The notes under the pieces: generated by a model | What the model saw: only the letters and a program-made list of their open reading frames with translations | What the model was told of the DNA's origin: nothing | The model's database searches: none | NCBI RefSeq assembly: GCF_021028975.2 | Contig: NC_059426.1 | Span: 37,200,001 to 37,264,000, forward strand | Length of the DNA stretch: 64,000 nucleotides | Source of the DNA: Sphaerodactylus townsendi | Taxonomy: Eukaryota | Direction: 5' to 3' | Translations under genes and position numbers: made by a program | Shown here: positions 26,838 through 39,988 of the stretch, in pieces | How the letters are laid out: each line of letters begins with the position of its first letter | How positions within the stretch are numbered: the first letter of the stretch is position 1

Positions 26838-27036
26838 GCCTGGATAGCCCCAGTTAGCCTGATCGTGTCAGATCTCAGAAGCTAAGCAGGGTCATCTCTG
26901 GTTAATATTTGGATAGGCAGCCTCCAAGGAACACCAGACTTGTGACTCAGGGGCAGGCAATGGTAAACCACCTCCAAACATCTCTTGTCTTGTTGCCATA
27001 AGACAGCTATGACTTGACAGCACCCATACACAACAA
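26838..27036 (+). mobile_element. 5S rRNA-headed SINE with Sauria/BovB-type tail
   Basis: gcctgatcgtgtcagatctcagaagctaagcagggtc...tggttaatatttggatagg matches 5S rRNA internal control region; tail gcaatggtaaaccacctcc...gacttgacagcac. Confidence 0.85.
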
Positions 27037-27122
27037 ACCTTTCATCCGTCTATGTTAGTTTTCTGTTTGCAAGGGAGTTTTTTTTAAGTGACATTCACAT
27101 CTGGTATCCCATACCTATAGTC

Positions 27123-27260
27123 CAGGGATTGGCAACCTTTACCACCCAAAGAGCCATTTGGACCTGATTTCCATGGCCCCAAAGATCTACTGAGTCAGAG
27201 AGGCGGCTCCGCACGGAGCCACCTCCGGTTCGGCCCCTCCACTCACCTTTCCTTCCAGCA
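27123..27260 (+). mobile_element. 5' end of a hAT-Charlie-type element (far end not located)
   Basis: cagggattggcaacctttaccacccaaagagccatttggacc. Confidence 0.55.
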
Positions 27261-27864
27261 CTGCTCTGGAGGGTCCATCAGCTGAAGATGAGCCATGTTC
27301 AAATAGAGGAACTAGGAGGCAGGAGCAGCTGGTGTCTGGCTTTGCAATGCCCCTGCTGCTCCAGTGCTCCCTTTGGGCTTGCTGCTGCCTGCTGGGATGG
27401 CAGGGGGCCAGTGGGCATTGCTGGTGATTGAGTGTCACTGTCTGCTATCAAGCTGAAGGGGGCACAGTGCAGTGCCTACGATCACCTCACCCAGCCTCGC
27501 TGGGGGACCACTGCTGCTGTAGGACCACTGCACTTGGTCACAAAGCCCCCTCAGTGTTTTGTTCCTTCTTTCCCTGCATGTGTGAACCAGGCTGAAGATT
27601 CTGTCATACTTTTCTCTGTCAAGGAGAACCAACAAGCTCCTTCCTACTCAACGTACCCTTCCTGTACCACTTACATGTGGTACTCCAGCTATGCTCATTT
27701 TGTGCCTCCCTTGCTTTGCTAGTAAGCAGGGACTTACTCATGAGCAAGCCTTAATTCACAAGCCAACTGTTGCTCATCAAGAGGCCTCTCTCAGAATCAA
27801 GGGCAGGAGCTGACTGTCCACCATGACCATGACTGGGAACTCTTAGCTCTTCCATCTTTCTTCT

Positions 27865-28153
27865 CCCAGCGTGGCATAATGACTCTAATCTGGAGAACCA
27901 TTTTTGATTTCCCACTCCTCCTCATGAGATTGAAGTCCACTCTTATCTAGTGAACTGGGTTTGTTTCCCCACTCCTACACATGAAGCCTCCTGGGTGACC
28001 TTGGATTAGTCACAGTTCTCTGAGAACTCTCTCAGCCCCACCTACCTCATAATGTCTCGGTTGTGGGGAGAGGAAGGGAAGGAGTTTGTAAGCCTGAGAC
28101 TCTTACAGGTGAGAAACGAGGGTTATAAATCCATACTACTCTTCTTCTTCTTC
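27865..28153 (+). mobile_element. Squam3-type SINE
   Basis: Duplicated B-box-like head segment, CORE-like region, (CTT)n tail. Confidence 0.85.
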
Positions 28154-28223
28154 CCCTGATCATACTCCTGCATCATAATACAAAAATAAGCACTTTATAT
28201 TTTTTAATCATATTTTTATCCAG

Positions 28224-28535
28224 GAGCAGCAGTGGCGTAGGAGGTTAAGAGCTCGTGTATCTAATCTGGAGGAACTGGGTTTGATTCCCAGCTCTGCCGC
28301 CTGAGCTGTGGAGGCTTATCTGGGGAATTCAGATTAGCCTGTACACTCCCACACACGCCAGCTGGGTGACCTTGGGGTAGTCACAGCTTCTCGGAGCTCT
28401 CTCAGCCCCACCTACCTCACAGGGTGTCTTCTTCTTCTTCTTCTTCTTCTTCTTCTTCTTCTTCTTCTTCTTCTTCTTCTTCTGCTACTACTGCTACTAC
28501 TGCTACTGCTGCTACTACTACTACTACTACTACTT
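28224..28535 (+). mobile_element. Young Squam3-type SINE lacking its 3' segment, with expanded (CTT)n and (CTA/CTG)n, nested in an older antisense SINE
   Basis: Near-identical to 32369 up to cacagggtgt, then microsatellite; host SINE resumes at about 28540-28690. Confidence 0.85.
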
Positions 28536-29581
28536 CAGGACAGCATCCACGGTTCTTCCCTTCTCCAGGTATACTTACAACAGTTCTGTAACGTAGGTAG
28601 GCTAAGAGAGAATGACTGGCCCAAAGTCATTCGGTGAGTTTTATGGGGAGCAGGGGGTTGAACCTGGGGCACTCTGGTTCTAGTTCATCACATCACTTTT
28701 TGAATATGATTGCAACAGTGCTCCAGTTGAGCAATTCATTGTTCATAGCAGCCAGCTAAATCTTGGCTTTTTGTCAATGCAGTAACGCTGGCCCAATGCC
28801 TACTAGTATAGAGATGTTAAAAGTACTTTGATTTGTCTTTTCTTGCCTTCTCATTACCATCTCTCTCTTTCTCTCTGTACTTTGACATGGCACCTCCCTT
28901 GAATTTCTTTTTTGCTGTTTCTTTAAGGAGCAGTTAGAGATAGGGGGGGAAAAAACCCCTCACTTCCCCACAATTAACAATTCAAGCCCAGATTAGTTCC
29001 GTTGAATTAGTTGCTTTAGTGGCCATAGTCCCCTGTAACTGCAGGTATCAAGAATGTGTCCTATGCGTCATCTTCCTGATACATGCAGTTGCCACTTCAT
29101 CTAAATTGGGCACCTTCTGTATTTTCTGCTTCACTACATATTACATGAAACTGTGGATGTCGTATAGCATGACTGAAGTTGAAAATACGTGCAGTTCTCA
29201 TCACAAATTGGGGACCACACACTGGGAAGATTGTGAGTAGTGCATGCTCCCAATTCAAAACACAACTGGAAAAGTGTGCTTTGAGAGAGGGAGAGATGTC
29301 TAGAATGTTAGAGAGCTAATTTGGGTTTTCCAGTAAGGGCTGGCGGGAGGCAGAGTTTTGAGATTGGGGGGGGGGGGTTGCTGATCAGAATTTATTCTGC
29401 TTCTTCTGTTAAAATTGCTAGAACCCGAGAGTCTTCTGATACTCTTGTAAGGGGAAGTCTCCCATAAGGTTCTGTAAAGCTGGATCACAAATGTAAGGTC
29501 AACGAACTTTGGTATAGACCAAGTTACAAGTAACTGATACTCCTATGCCAAACATTATTTGTTTCTGAATATCAGTTCCAC

Positions 29582-30339
29582 ATAGGATTGCCAGTTTCCA
29601 GGTGGTAGGTGGAAATCCCCTGCTATTACTACTCATCTCCAGGTGACAGAGATCAGTTTACCTGGAGAAAATGGCTGCTTTGGATCAGTGGCGGAGCGGC
29701 AAGGGGACGGGGGGGTGCGTTGTGCACTGGGCGCACGCCTGGGAGGCCTGAGACCCCCCACAACCCCCGCGCAGCCCCCCTGCCCCCTTCTCACATTTAC
29801 CTTAGTTCCTTTTCTTTTTATAGGACTTTTTCAGGCTGAAAAAAGCAGCCTATTTACAGTGCAGGCTCAAAAACGGCCAGTTCCCAAGAGACCTTGGGGC
29901 TCACAAGGTCTCCTGGGAAGTATAGTTTCTCAGGCAGTTTTTAGCCTGAACTGTGAAGAGGCCGCTTTTTTTCAGCCTGAAAAAGTACTAGAAAAAGAAA
30001 AGGAACTAAGGTAAGTGTGGGAAGGGGGCGGGGGAGCGCCGCAGGGGAGCGGGGGGCCGGGGGGGGCAGAAAAAACACACTGCACACCGGGGGCAGTTTG
30101 GCCCAGCTACGCCTCTGCTTTGGATGACTGTCTGAGTTGCTCTCCCTGTACAAGGCAGAAATAAAACCAATCCATGAGTTTCTGCCTGGAGATAAGTAGA
30201 AAATTTTAGTACTGCCCCCTTGAGCAACCAATGGGAAACACCCAAGCATTATACCCTGTTGAAATCCCTCCAACCCTCCTCTCCTCAGGTTCCACTACCA
30301 AATCTCCAGGTATTTCCTAATCTGGAGCTGTCTACCCTA
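29582..30339. mobile_element. Old Blackjack-like hAT element hosting a nested insertion
   Basis: taggattgccag...ctgtctacccta ends. Confidence 0.65.
29686..30117. mobile_element. hAT Tip100-like palindromic element
   Basis: TIRs cagtggcggagc / gctacgcctctg; perfect TSD CTTTGGAT; internal inverted repeat about 29785-30030. Confidence 0.9.
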
Positions 30340-32368
30340 GGGGCCCAATTTTTAGGCAGGGGATCAACCCTCTTTCTCATGTGGTGCATTCCCCCCACAC
30401 ACAAAAAAGTTCCTCAGTGATGGTACTGTTATTTGCCCCACTGAAAAACAAAACAAAAAAAGGTGCCCTACATTTCTCTTTGTTCCAGAGAAGCAACATG
30501 TTGTGGGGAAAAGTGACTCATCTGCCTTTCCCTACTTGCAGTCATGATCTGAATTCACACAAAGTTACTATTCAGAAAAGAAAATGCTTGGGAGTTCTGA
30601 TCCTTGAGTTTGAGGTGTCATTTGTCATTTTGGCCCTCAGGCATGGCTGATCTCCAGTTTCAGAAGAGGGAGGCAGTTCCTTATTCTCAGCCTGCAAGCA
30701 GAAGGCTCTGCACCTCTGGTCTCTGCTGTTTCTAATGGCCAGGAGGAGTATGGAGCTTTCAAGCCCAGAAGAATCAGGTGACCAGACGAGGCAATAGGTC
30801 ACCTCTCTGACCATATATAACTGCTGATTCCTCACTGAGCAACTTGTAGGGTTCTTTTGTTATGTCAGTAATAGTGTTGCTTAATAGAATGCACAGCAGC
30901 CATGCATCCTGTACAGTTAGCCATAACCAAAAACTTGAATTTTTCCACCCTGTGGACACTGTGCAAAGAATATTTGTATAGGAATTTGCAGTTTTGTTTT
31001 CTTCAGTTGTTGGAATAAATTCAAGGTTGGAACTACCCTACAGGGCAAGTGCAAAAATTCTGACTAACTTTAAGAACTTACAGCCTGTCATTGAATTGAA
31101 AGAATGCTTTGGACTTTTTAGACAGAGAATGTGGGACACCACTGGTTTCACATAACTGTTTTAATAAACTGATAATTTGGTACTTCACACGTATGTAAAT
31201 ATTTTTGCAAAAAGAATGTTTTTTTGCTGGAAGGCATTCAAATGGTGGTCATTTATTGTCCATTCTTTTCAATACGAAGTCACAGTCATGGCCTGTGATC
31301 TCAAATTAAAGTCATGTTGTTTATTGCATTGTTGCAGCTTCCGGTTCCTCTTGGATTTTAAGTAGCGTTTTGAGTTCAGCACTAGATTCTGAACCATATG
31401 CATGGGATTTTGGTTTGGTCCTGTAAAACTTGGCTATATTGGGACCAGGGACATTGTGACCCCTGCCAGGTAATCTCTGTTTTCCATCTGTTCTGTTTAT
31501 CCAGACTGTACGACAGGCCACGACTCTCATTCTTCTGAATAAAAGCTGAGAACCAAAGTTGTAATTTGATGATGATCATAGGCTTTAAGGAAGTGAGGAC
31601 TGGGGAGGGGGTAGTAATCCAAGACAGCTATCACGCAATGTATTAAAAAGTACAACAGATGTTGGTGCTGAATTACACTGCAAATTATAAAACAAAACAT
31701 TCTTGGCGTCATCTGCGCAAGGATGTAGTGGTTGGAAACTGACCTCTTTTTTGTCAAAAAAAAATTAATGTTTTGTGAATTTTAATTGTGCCGCCTCAGC
31801 CACTGGATTTGCATGAACTGCTTTCTTGTTGTCATTAGGCAGTTTATGTGCTCATTCGTACTAATAAGGCCTAAAAATAAATAGCACGACATCAATCTTC
31901 TAATGAAATAACGCAGCGCACACACTGGAGAAGAAGAAAAGACAAGAAACTAATAACATGAGCGTATGATTCTTATTAGTGCTGGGAAAATGTTCACATT
32001 AAAATGTGCGTGCATAGGCACAATAGCCTTTTTGAGAAGAAACGCAAGTTAATCTGAAAAGTCCCTTTGCCTCTGACTGATATTTTTATTGCATAAACAT
32101 GTTGGTATTGTGTAACTTCCTCAACGGCATGCCAGATTCCATCTTCACAGTTGAATCCTAGTTCATTTTCCATTTGTTATAAAGGCTGCTTACCAGAGGC
32201 ATTGTCTTAATCTGATTTTGCTCCATGCAGCCAAAGTACAATCTGGTGAAGGTAAAGTTCGTGCAACAGCAGGGCTCTGTATTTTCCTGCTGAACTTGTC
32301 CAGGGGAGAAGCTGTTTGACTGTGACATAACTATCGGCTCTCTTGCAAAAACAGTTATCTTCATTAAT

Positions 32369-32670
32369 GAGCAGCAGTGGCGTAGGAGGTTAAGAGCTCG
32401 TGTATCTAATCTGGAGGAACTGGGTTTGATTCTCTGCTCTGCCGCCTGAGCTGTGGAGGCTTATCTGGGGAATTCAGATTAGCCTGTACACTCCCACACA
32501 CGCCAGCTGGGTGACCTTGGGCTAGTCACAGCTTCTCGGAGCTCTCTCAGCCCCACCCACCTCACAGGGTGTTTGTTGTGAGGGGGAAAGGGCAAGGAGA
32601 TGGTAAGCCCCTTTGAGTCTCCTGCAGGAGAGAAAGGGGGGATATACATCCAAACTCTTCTTCTTCTTCT
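32369..32670 (+). mobile_element. Squam3-type SINE, full length, young
   Basis: A-box tggcgtaggagg, B-box-like ggtttgattc, CORE-like region, tail ccaaactcttcttcttct; short flanking taatg repeat. Confidence 0.92.
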
Positions 32671-32977
32671 AATGGTAGTTCAAATGCCTTCTTTAATTCC
32701 ATAGGGGAGATGTCCACTAAAATGACCATCTTTTTAACAGTAACTTCTTATCTTTTTGTATTTATGTTCTGTTGTTTGAACATACACAAGGATCTAATTC
32801 TTTAATAGACAAACATTATAACTGCATGTTCCTTTAGACTGCTAAGGCTGTAGTTCTTATGTATTACGGAGCTAACTTCAGTAGATTTTACTTCTGAGTA
32901 TAGATACTGAGGTTTGCACTGTTAGAATTCTGTCATTTGGATGTGATGTTTGTGCCTTTCCAGTTGATGCATTCCAA

Positions 32978-33474
32978 CTAAGGCTGCCAATGCCAGGTTG
33001 GGAAATTCCTGAAAATTTGGGGGCAGAGCCTAGGGAGTGTGGGATTTGGGAAGGGGAGAGAGTTCGGCAGGAGTGTAATACCATTAAACCAACTTTCCAA
33101 TGCTAACCTATTTTCCAGGGGAATTGATTTCCGTAGATTGGACATCAGTAGTAATTCCAGGAGAATTTGAGCCCTCCAACCCCAGAGGTTGACAACCATA
33201 AATCTAACATGTGCATGAAACTAATAAGCATTGTTTGAATTTGATTAGGTTTGGTTACTATCATCAATACGGTTACCAGTACTGGGTTAGAAAAAACTTG
33301 GTATTGGGGGTGGAGCCTGAAGAGGGGAGGAGGAGGGACTTGGGAATGGGGTATAATGCCATAGAGTCCACCATCCAAAGTGGCCATTTTCTTTAGTAAA
33401 TTGATCTGTTGCCTGGAGATCAGTAGCACTAGTAGGAGATTTACACTGCCACTGCCTGGTGGCTGGCAACCCTA
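32978..33474. mobile_element. Two tandem old Blackjack-like hAT MITEs (32978-33200, about 33280-33474)
   Basis: taaggctgccaa...ttgacaaccata and ...tggcaacccta ends; mutual similarity. Confidence 0.65.
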
Positions 33475-33509
33475 ATCATCAACTTAGTGGCTGCTATAGA
33501 ATATGTATG

Positions 33510-33936
33510 TCGGCAGGTATAATAACACTCCATATGAGAACAGGTTATGCCAATGTAATATGGCCGTTGTTGAGACTGTTCAACATGTACTATTGGAATG
33601 TCCAATGTACGAGTCGTTACGCTCTATATACATGTGTCCATTGATAGAGAGCTCAAACGAAGTCAGGCTACCATCTACTATGAATTTTCTACTCAACGGT
33701 TCCTGTGATCTCGTATGTGAGAATGTTGCGAGTTTTTTGAGGAACTATTTGGTCAGGCGCAATCATTGCCTACATAGTAGTAACGGCTAAATTATTTTAT
33801 GTGTGCGTGAATGTTGTGAATGTTCAACGTTGTTTTAATGTATTTTAATATTTTAATGTCTCAGTTAGTAGATAAATGCCCCTTTTTACTAACTCTGTAA
33901 TTTATAATGCCAATAAAGGCTTTGGAATTGGAATTG
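33510..33936 (+). mobile_element. RTE-X-like LINE 3' fragment
   Basis: C-terminal zinc knuckle RLCQC...ETVQHVLLECP; aataaaggc plus (GGAATT)n tail; 11-bp TSD GAATATGTATG. Confidence 0.8.
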
Positions 33937-33996
33937 GAATATGTATGCTGTGATTTAAGTGAGGTTTGGGGAAATTCAGTTGGCATGGGTATAAAT

Positions 33997-34295
33997 GAAG
34001 AAGAGTTTGGATTGATGCCTCGCTTTTCTCAATTGTAAGGGGTCTCAAAGTGACTTACAAACTCCTTCCCTTCTTCACCCCACTACAGACACCCTAAGAG
34101 GTAGGTGTGTCTGAGAGAGGTCTGAGAGAACTGCGAGCAGTCCAAAGTCACCCAGCAGGTTTCATGTGTAGGAGTGAGGGAAAAAATCTGGTTCACCAAA
34201 TTGGAGGCCACTGCTCATGAGGATGAGTGGGGAACCAAACCCAGTTCTCCCGATTAGAGCCCGCCTCTCTTAACCTTAGCTCCACCTCACTGACT
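33997..34295 (-). mobile_element. Squam3-type SINE (older)
   Basis: gaagaagagtttggatt tail; gtcacccagc core; head remnants. Confidence 0.85.
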
Positions 34296-34992
34296 GAGGG
34301 CGTTGTTGCATCATGCAGTAAATAAATAAACACAATTACAACACAGAGCAACATCCACATTTTTTTTAGTCTTGGTGTCATTAAATGTGTCTCCTCCTTG
34401 GAAATCTAATGGTTAGCCATGTTGGAGGGTGGGCGGATTTGTCAAACTTCTTTGCAGATTGGGTTGATTACGTTCACTTAGTTATCACCTGTGATATCAA
34501 GAAGTGAGCTGAGCCCTGCAGATGGTGCAGTAAATTAAGAAAATCAAATAAAAAGTACAGCCAACCTTTCCCTTTCCTCTCCCGGGGGGAAACTTCAGCT
34601 GGCTTTTAAAAGGCATGACCAGCAGCTGGCAAAAAAACCTCCTTAATTGCTGCATGGTCCGAGGCAAAATTGACCACACAGCAGCCTTACTGAAAAGCAG
34701 GTACGTTTAGGATTAATGATTTTGTGAGCCTGCCTATGAATAGCAACTATCTTAACACATGAAGAGTAGGAAGAAAGGCAGATTTCATAGACTTGGCCTG
34801 ATCACATTCATATTTTACTCAAATCTGCCTTTGCTGATCTGTTGTAACTGGAACCGGTTGATAAATCGTATAGGTAAGAGGATGTTACCCTTATGATATT
34901 GACAACTGAACTAGAGAAGCTATTTAAGAAAAATTACCTATGGGTAATCACGTTTTAAGGTATCACGTTTTAAGGTATCACATTAGCTCAAC

Positions 34993-35370
34993 CAGTGGTG
35001 GGATCCAAACATTTTAGTAACAGGTTCCCATGGTGGTGGGATTCAAACTGTGGCGTAGCGCCAATGGGGCTGGGCGGGGCACGACTGGGGGGTGGTCGGG
35101 CATTCCAGGGGCAGGGCATTCCTGGGCAGGGCTGTGGCAAGGATGCAGCCGCTGCGCCGGTCCTTGGGCGGGAAACGAAGGCTGCCACGCACGCTGGTGC
35201 ACCTCCAGCTAGACTGCTTCAAGTTCTGTGCGCTACTGCTGAGAGGAGGGGTGTAACTAAGGCAAAAATCACATGGCAAAATCACCAATTAGTAACCCCC
35301 TCTCGGCACACACAAATAATTAGTAACCTACTCTCAGGAACCTGTGAGAACCTGCTGGATCCCACCTCTG
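34993..35370 (-). mobile_element. Young non-autonomous hAT element (19178 family)
   Basis: TIRs intact; perfect TSD AGCTCAAC. Confidence 0.95.
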
Positions 35371-36062
35371 AGCTCAACTTAAAAGTTAATGTTTGTGAAA
35401 TCAATAACCTCCTTCCAGACATTATTTAAAATTCTTATTTCAAAATGTGGAAAATGTCATTAAGATAAAGTACAAAAAAACTGTTACCATTGCTGTTCAT
35501 AACTTTAAGGAGAACCAAATGCGTTTTTCCTTTGGTTATTTACAAGAAGATAAGTACTTCAAGAGACTCTTCGAGCCATTTTCAAAATATTCACATCATT
35601 AAGTGGCATTTTTCAGGTTGCTGAAACATCTTTGTGTTTAATACCTTTGAAGTTCAGGATTTCTTTTTCTGAACTGATATTATAAATATGAATAAGAAAT
35701 ATATTTAGATCTTTGACTATGCCTGGAACAAACCTGGAACTCCAGTAATTTCAGGGGATCTGGCGATACTCTTCCATCCAGACTATACAACCTGCAATAA
35801 CTTTATTTATTTATTTGACACATTTATAGGCCATTCCTCCAACAAGAAGATTGAGACAGTAATTCCACCCTCTTCTTCACTACTTTATCAAGTATGCTGG
35901 AACAGGATACAAAACTGTGGGCACTGGACCAAAACTTGCCCATGCATAATACTTAGATGGGGAAAAACCAGCATATTTTTATCAACTAGAAAAGATTTAA
36001 AAAATACTTTCTAAAATATCAGTCTCCATATATTATAAAAAGGAAGCCAAGAAAGAGTATTG

Positions 36063-36330
36063 GAAGAAGAAGAAGAGTTGGATTTATATCCCCCTTTCTC
36101 TCCTGTAGGAGACTCAAAGGGGCTTACAAACTCCTTTCCCTTCCCCCCTCACAAGAAACACCCTGTGAAGTAGGTGGGACTGAGAGAGCTCAGAAGAACT
36201 GTGACTAGCCCAAGGTCACCCAGCTGGCGTGTGTGGGAGAGCACAGGCTAATCTGAATTCCCCAGATAAGCCTCCACAGCTCAAGCAGCAGAGCTGGGAA
36301 TCAAACCCGGTTCTTCCAGATTAGAGTATA
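36063..36330 (-). mobile_element. Squam3-type SINE, 5'-truncated
   Basis: Matches the 9331 copy up to gattagagta. Confidence 0.9.
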
Positions 36331-36499
36331 TATATGTGTGTGTATGCGCATGTGGAATTGGATTCAACCAATTAATTCTGCTTGTGAAAACAGAACCAGA
36401 GGGCCTCCTTTGACCACTAAAGCCATTGGGGATTGTAGGTATGGTTGCTAGCCCAAGGTTCATAACTGGCAGGAGAGTTGTTCTCAGCAACGAGCTCTT

Positions 36500-36995
36500 C
36501 TCCAGTGATGCCATGATGTAACCAGCAACATGGTGAACAACTCACTGGTGGTCCTTGGCCTGAAATATATCTGGCTGTCCTCAGTCAGAGCCAGGACCTT
36601 TTCAGCTCTGGCCCCATCATGGTGGAATTCTCTTTCAAATGAGAGCCTGGCCTCACAGGACTTATTGCAGTTCTGCAAGGCCTGTAATACTGAGGTGTTC
36701 CAATAGGCCTATGGTTGAGAATAGCAATAGTTGTAATCTAGCTGGCTTCCCTCCCCTTCCCTCTTTTCTTTCCCTTCCTTTAGTTACTGAAGTTATTGTT
36801 ACTCCTTGGTAGTAGATTTTCAGTTATTCCTTGTTTTGCCTTTTCCACTCTGGTAGGCCCCAAACTAGCATTTTATGGAGCTGTATTTCAGTATGGTTTT
36901 AATTGTGAAGTATGTTTTAATGGTGATTTTATGATGTAAGCTGCTCTGCGCCTGACTTGTTTGGGAAAAGTGGGTTATAAAGTGAAATATAAATT
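36500..36995 (+). mobile_element. L2-clade LINE 3' end (degraded)
   Basis: ccaggaccttttcagctctggccccatcatggtggaattctct parallels the 10397 element; terminal gtaagctgctctg...gggttataaa. Confidence 0.75.
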
Positions 36996-37282
36996 GATTT
37001 TTTTTAAAAAGTGACATAATTTCCAGCACAATTTATCACCATTGTGCTGGTGCCTAGATTTTCCCCTCTCCCTTTTTCTCCTCCTGGTCCACCAGGCAAT
37101 GCGAACAGAAGAGGGTTGCTTGGAGGGACGTCTACCGCTAATCCGGAAGACCTGGCAGCCCTAATCATGGGACTTGTGGGTACAAAAGTCATGTTGGTCA
37201 GGGTGTATAGTAAGAAGCAAAAATGGACAAGGTAGAGTGGAAAAGCTGGCTGAATTCAACCTATAGAACTGTATTGAGGGTA

Positions 37283-37365
37283 GAGCAAGATTCACGTCCA
37301 GTAACATCTTAAAGACCAACAAAAGGTCTAGGGTTATACGCTTTTGGGAGTCAAAGTTCCCATCG
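37283..37365 (-). mobile_element. Penelope-like pseudo-LTR fragment
   Basis: Similar to the 1405 and 20182 copies. Confidence 0.55.
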
Positions 37366-39100
37366 TATTGAGGGGTGTTGTTGCTTATGAGGCTGACAAG
37401 AGAAGCATTTAGAGTTGTATTGCTTGTTAAGGCAAGGCTGTGCTTGTTCCCTCTTCAGAGGTGTTCTGTGAATAGAAGAGTACAAATGCTTTTTTTCCCC
37501 CTTAGGAGATAAGTACAGCTGCTTTATAACCCGCTGCTTTGAAGAACTGAAAAATAGTTTAGCTTAAAAAATGCTGTGAGGGTGGATGTTCAGCAAGGAA
37601 TGCATACCATGGGATTTATATATAGAGAGAGAGACTATATAGAGAGAAATTATTTGGCATTTGCAGAGGCTCATACTGTGAGAATAAAGCCCGGTTGTCT
37701 TTGTTCTTGGTGATATGCAGTGCAACTCATGCTTTCCTCTTACAGTTTATTTTGTCATCAGAGCCCCCAATAAATATACAGTCACCTGGATACTTTGCTC
37801 TGGCTGATGACTTTTATGGGTTATAGCAGCACTGCAAACCTCAGTATGCCATCCAATAAAAGTTACAACTTTTTCTAGTCAGGATGTGTCAAGGTGAGAG
37901 ACCTTCAAGAACAGCAATATTGAGAGGAATGAGGATGAATTTTGAAGGGAACTGCAGTCACCTTTAGATCCAACTATTTCATTCCTGTAGGTCACTTGCT
38001 AAGGGGTTTATAAAGTCCCTGAAGGAGGTAGCTATTAAAACAGTCGGTGTAGCTAAACGCTTCACGATTACAGGTAGAATATACCATGGACATTGTTTTA
38101 GACCAGGGACATTGTTTTTGTTTTCATCTGTTTTCCAGATTCCATAGGCCTGTTCACATAGATGAGATTGGATCCAGTGCAGCATTTCCACGGATCTATT
38201 TCCTGAGTGCAACTTTCGAAACTTTCTGCCAAATATAGCTGCCTGAAATGTTGATTTTGAGGGGCTGCTGTGGGAGACAGATGCTGCAAAAGTGAGCCTT
38301 CTATGGGTGGGATTTTTGTGGCCACAGAATTGCAACACGGGATCCAACCCATAGGCCTCCCACATGTGAAAGCGGTGCTTTATGGGCTGTGGTAATGGAC
38401 TGCGCAAAAGTTAGGGTCATAGAGCTGCCCTTTCCACTGAAGTAAACGGGGAAGCAAATAGCCACATTTGTTAAAAATGAAACCTCCACATTCTGATGTA
38501 GTTGTCAGTATCTGTAAGTATGAAGTAGATGACTGCATTTCAGTTGCTTGGTAGGATCCTTCAGGGCTAAAGCAGTGCCTTGTCTGTAGCACTGCCAACT
38601 TGATGGAATAGTCTGCTGGGGAAGGTATTTAAGACACCCTGTCCCGACTCTTTAAATTTTGCAATTAGTCTCCTCTTTAGTCGGAGCTTTTGAAATTCAG
38701 ACATGTCAGAAGGCATGCTTGCTGAGTGGGCCACTTTGAAAATTCAGCAACGGGTGTTTTGTGATTAAGATTATGTTCTTCTTTATATATTTTTATTCTG
38801 CTGCTTTAATTTGTAAGCAGCTGTAGGCATTGTGATGAAGTGGCATGTTTTTAAACCTAAAATTTCCATCACCTCATGATTGTGGTGTCTCTGGATATCT
38901 AGCTGGCCAGTACATGAGATCTCATACTCCTCTAAATAGATGTGCTAAAGGAATGTGCTGGGTTTACTTTTTGTATTCTCACCAGTCCATAGGAGAGTTC
39001 TGTATTTGCACAGGCAGGCTCACAGATCCTTGGATTAATTCACCATAGACCACTCTAGATATAGGCAGAAAATCAGATCACAACATTGACAGCCTCCAGC

Positions 39101-39236
39101 CAGTGGTGGGATTCAGCAGGTTCGCACCACTTCGGCAGAACCGGTTGTTAAAATGGTGCTTGTAAACAACTAGTTGTTAATTTATTTTAATCCCACCACC
39201 GGAACCGGTAGTTAAATTATTTGAATCCCACCACTG
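39101..39236. mobile_element. hAT MITE (CAGTGGTGGGATTC ends) with duplicated right terminus
   Basis: TIRs cagtggtgggattca / tgaatcccaccactg; perfect TSD CCTCCAGC. Confidence 0.92.
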
Positions 39237-39753
39237 CCTCCAGCTCATTGAAAAGGTAGCTGAACTATATGTGCTTCAGCTGTCCTGCTTTACTAGTTCT
39301 TTCCCAGTTGACTCACTACCTCAAGACAGTCCCAGTTCTCAGGTCTCAGATTATGTAGGTAAGCCTTAAAAGGCAGGTGCAATATAAGATGGGGTTGCCA
39401 ACAGGGATCCAGCAATGATGTTGGGGAAGGGAGATGTACTTCACCATCCCAGATCTGAACTACCTTTTCCGCATTGCTATTATTGTTGGAATGGAAAAAA
39501 CAGACTGTGTTCTTCTGCCTTCCAAGTACCTTTTTACTTCCATGCAGCCCAGGAGCTGGTTTTGAATAGGGAAATAGAGTAGGGGGAAATGTTAGCCCCA
39601 CCTCCCAACAAGCACAGTGACCCAAATTCATATCTCCTTGCTGCTTCTTAAAGAGCCAAACTGTTATGTCGGGTGATGGGAATATAGATATCCCGTGAGT
39701 GCAATAATTTGGATCTCAGTGAACTGATTTGGGGCTGGGGAGTGAAAAAAGCA

Positions 39754-39988
39754 GAGACCCGGCATGGTACAATGGTTAAGAGTGGTGGACTCTAATCTGC
39801 AGAACCGAGTTCGATTCCCCACTCCTCCCTTTGAAGCCTGCTGGGCGACCTTGGGCCAGTCACTGTTTTCTCAGAACTCTTTCAGCCTACTTAGAGGCAG
39901 GCAATGACAATCCATCTCTGAACGTTTCTTGAAAACCTTACGGCGTCACCAAAAGTCAGCTGTGACTTTGCAGTACACACACACACAG
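39754..39988 (+). mobile_element. Chimeric SINE: Squam3 head/CORE plus Sauria/BovB-type tail
   Basis: Squam3-like up to ttcagcctac, then gaggcaggcaatgac...gtcagctgtgactt...(CA)n. Confidence 0.75.

Noticed and set aside
26855-26940. 5S rRNA gene
   Set aside because: Partial, diverged and fused to a SINE tail.
32369-32440. tRNA gene
   Set aside because: SINE head; no complete cloverleaf.
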